Of a stretch of 5,166 nucleotides of DNA, positions 1 to 5,166 are shown piece after piece (positions within the stretch are counted from its first letter, which is position 1; each line of letters begins with the position of its first letter). The stretch comes from a virus (Duplodnaviria; Heunggongvirae; Uroviricota; Caudoviricetes), in IMG/VR virus record IMGVR_UViG_2681813271_000006; one strand, 5' to 3'. The position numbers and the translations under genes are program-made. The notes beneath the pieces were generated by a model. It was given only the letters and a program-made list of their open reading frames with translations. It was not told the DNA's origin and ran no database searches.

Positions 1-1
1 G

Positions 2-109
2 GCGAATTACCGTCTTATATCACTGGCGCTGACATCTCCGGATGACGGGGGCAGCTGTTATCTCTGGCTCAACCGTGGGCAACCACCCGCAGTTAACCGG
101 CGACGATAA
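2..109 (+). CDS. FII: 3' end of head-tail joining protein FII-like gene (5' truncated by window start)
   Basis: Reading from position 2 gives ...SPDDGGSCYLWLNRGQPPAVNRRR then TAA at 107-109. This closely matches the lambda gpFII C-terminus as I recall it, and it sits directly upstream of Z as in lambda. This frame is not in the ORF track because it has no start codon in the window. Confidence 0.7.
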   Translation, partial: ANYRLISLALTSPDDGGSCYLWLNRGQPPAVNRRR

Positions 110-123
110 ACGCAGGGTGAATT

Positions 124-699
124 ATGGCGATAAAAGGGCTTGATCAGGCGATTGACAATCTGAACCGGGTTCGTAAAAACGCCATTCCGGCTGCTTCTGC
201 AATGACCATTAACCGCGTGGCCACAACGGCGATTAATCAGTCTTCGTCACAGGTTGCCCGGGAAACCAGGGTGAGACGGAAACTGGTAAAGGAACGGTCC
301 AGACTGAAACGGGCGACGGTCAGAAATCCGAATGCCAGAATTATCGTTAACCGCGGTGATCTCCCTGTGATTAAGCTGGGGATCAGAATGCTGGGGCGTC
401 GTCCGAACAGCATACTCAAAGCCGGTCAGCATCGTTATCAGCGGGCATTTATCCAGCGATTAAATAATGGGCGCTGGCATGTTATGCAACGTCTTCCCCA
501 GGCCAGATATGAGGAGGGCAATGACGACAAGGGAAGGAAAAAGCGTAATCGCCTTCCCATTCAGGTGGTGAAAATCCCGATGGCGGCCCCACTGAAACAG
601 GCATTTGATGAGAATGTTGACCGTATCCGGCGTGAACGCCTGCCTAAAGAACTGGCATACGCGCTGAAACAACAACTGAGGATTGCGATAAAACGATGA
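124..699 (+). CDS. Z: Minor tail protein Z (tail completion protein)
   Basis: 191-aa ORF. N-terminus MAIKGL...INRVA...SQVARET.VRRKLVKER.RLKRATV.NP.ARI.VNRGDLPVIKLG and C-terminus GRWHVMQR...VVKIPMA.PL...RIRRERLPKEL.YAL..QLR..IKR resemble lambda gpZ as recalled. Position between FII and U fits lambda synteny. Confidence 0.88.
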   Translation: MAIKGLDQAIDNLNRVRKNAIPAASAMTINRVATTAINQSSSQVARETRVRRKLVKERSRLKRATVRNPNARIIVNRGDLPVIKLGIRMLGRRPNSILKAGQHRYQRAFIQRLNNGRWHVMQRLPQARYEEGNDDKGRKKRNRLPIQVVKIPMAAPLKQAFDENVDRIRRERLPKELAYALKQQLRIAIKR

Positions 700-1091
700 A
701 ACACACTGACATTCGTGCCGCAGTGCTGGATGCACTCAAGCAGCATGAACACGGGGCGACGCTGTTTGATGGTCGCCCCGTTGTTTTTGACGAAGAGGAT
801 TTTCCTGCGATCGCGGTTTATCTGACGGATGCAGAGTATACCGGTGAAGAGCTGGATGCAGATACCTGGCGGGCCACACTGCATATTGAGGTGTTTTTAC
901 CGGCACAGGTACCTGATTCGGAGCTCGATCAGTGGATGGAAAGCCGGATTTATCCGGCGATGACTGCGATCCCTGCACTGGCAGGACTGATTACCACGAT
1001 GGTTACGCAGGGCTATGAGTATCGTCGTGATGACGATATGGCGTTATGGAGCTCTGCGGATCTGACTTATTCCATTACATACGAGATGTGA
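696..1091 (+). CDS. U: Tail tube terminator protein U
   Basis: 131-aa [16 protein letters not shown]...[59 protein letters not shown]...[19 protein letters not shown] is near-identical in length and sequence to lambda gpU (131 aa). Its start overlaps the Z stop in an ATGA motif (696-699). Confidence 0.93.
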   Translation: MKHTDIRAAVLDALKQHEHGATLFDGRPVVFDEEDFPAIAVYLTDAEYTGEELDADTWRATLHIEVFLPAQVPDSELDQWMESRIYPAMTAIPALAGLITTMVTQGYEYRRDDDMALWSSADLTYSITYEM

Positions 1092-1098
1092 GGACGAT

Positions 1099-1909
1099 AT
1101 GGCAACACCAAATCCCCTGGAGCCGGTAAAAGGTGCCGGTACCACTCTGTGGGTTTACAACGGCAAGGCTGATGCTTATGCAAACCCGTTGTCAGACGAT
1201 GACTGGCAGCGACTGGCTAAGGTGAAGGATCTGACGCCGGGCGAGATGACGGCTGAATCCTATGATGATAACTACCTGGATGATGAAGACGCGGACTGGA
1301 GCGCGACCGGGCAGGGGCAGAAATCTGCAGGTGATACCAGTTTTACGCTGGCCTGGAAACCGGGAGAGGAAGGCCAGAAAGGGCTTATAGGCTGGTTTGA
1401 AAGNNNNNNNNNNNNNNNNNNNNNNNNNNNNNNNNNNNNNNNNNNNNNNNNNNNNNNAAAGCGGCGATGTCCGGGCCTATAAAATCCGTTTTCCGAATGG
1501 CACGGTGGATGTGTTTCGTGGCTGGGTCAGCAGTATCGGTAAGGCCGTGACGGCGAAAGAAGTGATCACCCGCACGGTGAAAGTCACTAACGTGGGTAAA
1601 CCTTCTGTAGCGGAAGAACGCAGCAAAATTACGCCGGTCAGTGCGATTAAGGTGACGCCGACATCCGGTACGGTGGCAAAAGGGAAAACAACCACCCTGA
1701 CGGTTTCTTTTGAGCCGGAAAGTGCAACCGACAAGACGTTCAGAGCGGTTTCCGCCGATCCGTCGAAAGCCACCATTAGTGTGAAAGATATGACAATTAC
1801 GGTAAACGGCGTGGCGACAGGTAAGGTGCAGATCCCTGTGGTGAGCGGAAATGGTCAGTTCGCCGCAGTGGCTGAAGTCACCGTTACTGAAGCGGGCGCT
1901 GCAGGGTAA
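1099..1909 (+). CDS. V: Major tail tube protein V, interrupted by N run 1404-1457
   Basis: The N-terminal part (1099-1403: ...[15 protein letters not shown]...[60 protein letters not shown]...WF) and the C-terminal part (1459-1906: [46 protein letters not shown]...[39 protein letters not shown]) both match lambda gpV as recalled. The track splits it into ORFs 1099..1482 and 1397..1909 because the N run shifts the frame. Stop TAA at 1907-1909; GAGGA 4 nt upstream of the ATG. Confidence 0.9.
1404..1457. other. Run of 54 N (unknown or masked bases) inside V
   Basis: Directly visible. Flanked by ...TTTGAAAG on the left and AAAGCGGCGATG... on the right. Confidence 0.99.
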
Positions 1910-1922
1910 ACGGAGGTAATAC

Positions 1923-2354
1923 ATGTTTCTGAAAACAGAACAATTTGAATATAACGGTGTGTCTGTCACGCTTTCCGAATTGTCTGCGCTGCAGCGTATC
2001 AAGCATCTTGCCCTCCTGAAACGGCGTGCAGAACAGGCAGAATCCAGCGGCAACCTGCAGGTAAGCGTGGAAGATCTCGTCAGAACCGGCGCGTTTCTGG
2101 TGGCGATGTCCCTGTGGCATAACCATCCACAGAAAACGCAGTCACCGTCAATGAATGAGGCCGTGATGAAGATAGAGCAGGAAGTGCTCACCACCTGGCC
2201 TGCCGATGCCATTGCCCGGGCGGAAGACGTGGTGTTGTGCCTGTCCGGGATGATCGAAGCTGTTCGTCCGGATACTGATATTACTGAAGTGGCGAAAAAT
2301 AACACGCTGACTGATGATGATTTTTCTGCGGGAAAGTCTTCGACGGCGAGCTGA
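1923..2354 (+). CDS. G: Tail assembly chaperone G
   Basis: 143-aa ORF MFLKTE.FE.NGV.VTLSELSALQRI.HLAL.KR.AEQAES......VED..RTGAFLVAMSLWHNHPQKTQ.PSMNEAV..IEQEVLTTWP..AI..AEDVV..LSGM matches lambda gpG as recalled. GGAGGT lies 5 nt upstream of the ATG. The slippery heptamer sits near its 3' end. Confidence 0.93.
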   Translation: MFLKTEQFEYNGVSVTLSELSALQRIKHLALLKRRAEQAESSGNLQVSVEDLVRTGAFLVAMSLWHNHPQKTQSPSMNEAVMKIEQEVLTTWPADAIARAEDVVLCLSGMIEAVRPDTDITEVAKNNTLTDDDFSAGKSSTAS

Positions 2355-2794
2355 ACTTTGCCCTCAGACTGGCGCGTGAGATGGGGAGACCCGACTGGCG
2401 CGCCATGCTTGCCGGGATGACATCCACCGAATATGCCGACTGGCGCCGTTTTTACCGCACGCATTATTTTCAGGATACCCAGCTGGATATGCATTTTTCC
2501 GGGCTGACGTACGCTGTACTCAGCCTGTTTTTTTGCGATCCGGATATGCATCCCTCTGATTTCAGTCTGCTTGTCCCCCGGCATGAGGAAGAGCAGGTGG
2601 AGAGGCCGGATGAGGACAAAATGCTGATGCAGAAAGCGGCAGGACTTGCCGGAGGCGTCCGGTTCGGTGGGGACGGAGGGCGCGATATTTTATCGTCTGC
2701 GGATGTGGCGGATGTCATGGTGGATGATGCCGCATTAATGATGGCTTCAGCGGGGATTCCGGGAGGTGTGAGATATGTCCCAGCCGGTTGGTGA
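1923..2794 (+). CDS. GT: Tail assembly chaperone G-T fusion, made by programmed -1 ribosomal frameshift at 2330-2336 (about 290 aa by my count)
   Basis: G is in frame 0 (1923 mod 3 = 0). The heptamer G GGA AAG at 2330-2336 sits in the G frame as ..GCG GGA AAG... The -1 frame (codons from 2336, matching ORF 2381..2794) is open from the slip site to TGA at 2792-2794 and reads VFDGELNFALRLAREMGRPDWRAMLAGMTSTEYADWRRFY.THYF.D..LDMHFSGLTY.VLSLFF.DPDMHP.DFSLL...MQKAAGLAGGVRFG...GGVRY, matching the lambda gpT segment of gpGT as recalled. The T frame has no convincing independent start. Confidence 0.8.
2330..2336 (+). promoter_or_regulatory. Slippery heptamer GGGAAAG (X XXY YYZ) for the G-T -1 programmed ribosomal frameshift
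   Basis: Seen directly in sequence in the correct phase relative to the G codons (GGA = Gly, AAG = Lys). It is the same heptamer described for lambda G-T. Confidence 0.8.
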
Positions 2795-5166
2795 TCTTGT
2801 TATTGACCTGAGTCTGGATGCTGTCCGTTTCGATGAGCAGATGAGCCGGGTAAGGCGTCATTTTTCAGGTCTGGATACCGACGCCAGAAAAACCGCCAGT
2901 GCTGTTGAACAGGGCCTGAGCCGCCAGGCGCTGGCTGCACAAAAAGCCGGGATTTCCGTCGGGCAGTATAAAGCGGCCATGCGAACCCTGCCCGCACAGT
3001 TTACGGATATCGCCACGCAGCTTGCCGGTGGTCAGAATCCCTGGCTGATCCTGCTGCAACAGGGCGGTCAGGTGAAGGACTCCTTCGGCGGGATGATCCC
3101 CATGTTCAGGGGGCTTGCCGATGCGATCACCCTGCCGATGGTCGGGGTCACCTCGCTGGCGGTGGCGACAGGTGCACTGGTGTACGCCTGGTACCAGGGA
3201 GATTCCACGCTTTCAGCGTTTAATAAAACCCTGGTTCTTTCCGGTAATCAGTCCGGACTGACTGCCGATCGTATGCTGACTCTCTCAAGAGCCGGGCAGG
3301 CAGCAGGGCTGACGTTTAACCAGGCGAGAGAGTCACTGGCAGCCCTGGTGAATGCCGGTGTGCGTGGTGGTGAACAGTTTGATGCCATCAACCAGAGTGT
3401 CGCGCGTTTTGCGTCTGCATCCGGTGTGGAGGTGGATAAAGTCGCTGAAGCCTTCGGGAAGCTGACCACTGACCCGACGTCGGGACTGATGGCGATGGCG
3501 CGCCAGTTCCGTAACGTGACGGCAGAGCAGATTGCGTATGTTGCACAGCTGCAGCGTTCCGGAGACGAGGCCGGGGCATTGCAGGCGGCGAACGATATCG
3601 CCACGAAAGGCTTTGATGAGCAGACCCGTCGCCTGAAAGAAAACATGGGAACACTGGAGACCTGGGCGGATAAAACAGGGAAGGCATTCAAATCGATGTG
3701 GGATGCCATTCTGGATATCGGTCGTCCGGAATCCTCAGCGGATATGCTCGCCAGTGCGCAGAAGGCATTTGATGAGGCGGATAAAAAATGGCAGTGGTAC
3801 CAGAGTCGGAGCCAGCGCCGCGGTAAAACCTCCTCTTTCCGGGCCAACNNNNNNNNNNNNNNNNNNNNNNNNNNNNNNNNNNNNNNNNNNNNNNNNNNNN
3901 NNNNNNNNNNNNNNNNNNNNNNNNNNNNNNNNNNNNNNNNNNNNNNNNNNNNNNNNNNNNNNNNNNNNNNNNNNNNNNNNNNNNNNNNNNNNNNNNNNNN
4001 NNNNNNNNNNNNNNNNNNNNNNNNNNNNNNNNNNNNNNNNNNNNNNNNNNNNNNNNNNNNNNNNNNNNNNNNNNNNNNNNNNNNNNNNNNNNNNNNNNNN
4101 NNNNNNNNNNNNNNNNNNNNNNNNNNNNNNNNNNNNNNNNNNNNNNNNNNNNNNNNNNNNNNNNNNNNNNNNNNNNNNNNNNNNNNNNNNNNNNNNNNNN
4201 NNNNNNNNNNNNNNNNNNNNNNNNNNNNNNNNNNNNNNNNNNNNNNNNNNNNNNNNNNNNNNNNNNNNNNNNNNNNNNNNNNNNNNNNNNNNNNNNCTTG
4301 AAACTGAGCTCAGGACGCTGGAGAAGCANNNNNNNNNNNNNNNNNNNNNNNNNNNNNNNNNNNNNNNNNNNNNNNNNNNNNNNNNNNNNNNNNNNNNNNN
4401 NNNNNNNNNNNNNNNNNNNNNNNNNNNNNNNNNNNNNNNNNNNNNNNNNNNNNNNNNNNNNNNNNNNNNNNNNNNNNNNNNNNNNNNNNNNNNNNNNNNN
4501 NNNNNNNNNNNNNNNNNNNNNNNNNNNNNNNNNNNNNNNNNNNNNNNNNNNNNNNNNNNNNNNNNNNNNNNNNNNNNNNNNNNNNNNNNNNNNNNNNNNN
4601 NNNNNNNNNNNNNNNNNNNNNNNNNNNNNNNNNAGCAGGCGGCAATCAGCGCAAAAGCCCGCGGACTCACCGACCGTCAGGCGCAGCGGGAGTCGGAAGA
4701 GCAGCGCCTTCGTGAGGTGTACGGTGATAATCCGGCTGCGCTGGCGAAGGCCACATCTGCACTGAAGAACACCTGGTCTGCGGAGGAGCAGCTTCGTGGA
4801 AGCTGGATGGCCGGGATGAAGTCCGGCTGGGGCGAGTGGGCGGAAAGTGCGACGGACAGTTTTTCGCAGGTTAAAAACGCGGCCACGCAGACCTTTGACG
4901 GTATTGCACAGAATATGGCAGCGATGCTGATCGGCAGCGAACAGAACTGGCGTGGTTTCACCCGTTCTGTGCTGTCCATGCTGACAGAGATTTTTCTGAA
5001 GCAGGCGATGGTGGGGATAGTCGGGAGTATCGGCAGCGCCATTGGCGGTGCTTTCGGTGGTGGTGCGTCTGCCTCCACGGGGACGGCCATTCAGGCTGCG
5101 GCGGCGAACTTCCATTTCGCGACCGGGGGATTTACGGGGACGGGGGGTAAATATGAACCTGCGGGG
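2775..5166 (+). CDS. H: Tail tape measure protein H (3' end beyond window; interior masked by N runs 3849-4296 and 4329-4633)
   Basis: The N-terminal 358 aa (2775-3848: MSQPVGDLV.DLSLDA.RFDEQM.RVRRHFSG...QALAAQKAGISVGQYKAAMR.LPAQFTD.ATQLAGGQ.PWLILLQQGGQVKDSFGGMIPMFRGLA.AITLPMVG.TSLAVATGAL.YAWYQG.STLS.FNKTLVLSGNQ.GLTADRML.LSRAGQAAGLTFNQ...) match lambda gpH as recalled. The 32-nt island 4297-4328 reads LETELRTLEK from 4297 (compare lambda LQAELRTLEKH). From 4636 to the window end, a frame not in the track reads QAAISAKARGLTDRQAQRESEEQRLREVYGDNPAALAKATSALKNTWSAEEQLRGSWMAGMKSGW.EW.ESATDS.SQVK.AATQTFDGIAQNMAAML.GSEQNWR.FTRSVLSM.TEI.LKQAMVGIVGSIGSAIGGA.GGGASAS.GTAIQAAAA.FHFATGGFTGTGGKYEPAG, matching the lambda gpH C-terminal region. 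GGAGGTG lies 6 nt upstream of the ATG. The start overlaps the end of the T frame by 20 nt. Confidence 0.92.
3849..4296. other. Run of 448 N inside H
   Basis: Directly visible. The H reading frame differs by one position between the left flank (codons at 0 mod 3) and the island at 4297 (1 mod 3), so the run length does not reproduce the true frame. Confidence 0.99.
4329..4633. other. Run of 305 N inside H
   Basis: Directly visible. The frame is consistent across this run: island codons at 1 mod 3, and the downstream H segment starts at 4636 (also 1 mod 3). Confidence 0.99.

Noticed and set aside
237-978. Short minus-strand ORFs (237..419, 247..432, 460..735, 561..884, 736..978)
   Set aside because: All lie entirely within and antisense to Z or U; short, no homology, no ribosome-binding site. 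Shadow ORFs.
1477-2126. Minus-strand ORFs 1477..1776 and 1884..2126, and 2470..2718, 2800..2997, 2865..3059
   Set aside because: Antisense shadow ORFs within V, G, T and H.
1385-2584. 399-aa ORF on the minus strand
   Set aside because: Antisense to V, G and T, which have strong homology-supported calls. Its Cys/Arg/His-rich composition is typical of the reverse frame of coding DNA of this GC content, it spans the N run, and it has no recognisable domain or ribosome-binding site.
2381-2794. T as an independent 137-aa gene starting at ATG 2381
   Set aside because: The frame is open upstream back to the slippery site at 2336 and there is no convincing Shine-Dalgarno before 2381. In lambda, T is expressed only as the G-T frameshift fusion, so it is annotated here as the fusion.
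3248-3847. 199-aa and 99-aa (3388..3687) minus-strand ORFs
   Set aside because: Antisense to the well-supported N-terminal part of H; Ala/Ser/Arg-rich shadow frames with no independent signal.
4297-4328. The 32-nt island between N runs as a possible separate element or spacer
   Set aside because: It translates in frame as LETELRTLEK, matching lambda H, so it is simply an unmasked piece of the tape measure gene.
4298-4765. 155-aa plus-strand ORF
   Set aside because: Begins in the 32-nt island, runs through 305 N, and is out of frame with the homology-supported H frame (which starts at 4636, 1 mod 3). Artefact.
3688-5115. 475-aa and 311-aa (3735..4670) minus-strand ORFs
   Set aside because: Mostly X from the N runs, which contain no stop codons and so fuse unrelated antisense stretches. 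Artefact of masking.
1-5166. CRISPR arrays, tRNA or other RNA genes, IS elements or inverted-repeat-bounded insertions, promoters and terminators
   Set aside because: Reading through the window I found no direct-repeat/spacer periodicity, no cloverleaf-like segments and no terminal inverted repeats. Intergenic spacers are too short for promoters or terminators, consistent with a late operon transcribed from far upstream.

Overview
The window is a single-strand (+), tightly packed block of lambda-like tail morphogenesis genes in the canonical order FII (3' end only) - Z - U - V - G - (G-T frameshift extension) - H, with the tape measure gene H running off the 3' end. All gene calls rest on the supplied ORF translations, my own reading of codons around the junctions, and recalled similarity to phage lambda proteins; no search was run. 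Three N runs (1404-1457, 3849-4296, 4329-4633) interrupt V and H and break the reading frame in the ORF track, which creates several artefactual ORFs. I see no cargo genes, morons, defence genes, RNA genes, CRISPR arrays or mobile elements in the readable sequence, and no evidence of a novel system. The only places something unexpected could hide are the roughly 750 N-masked bases inside H, which cannot be assessed from this sequence.
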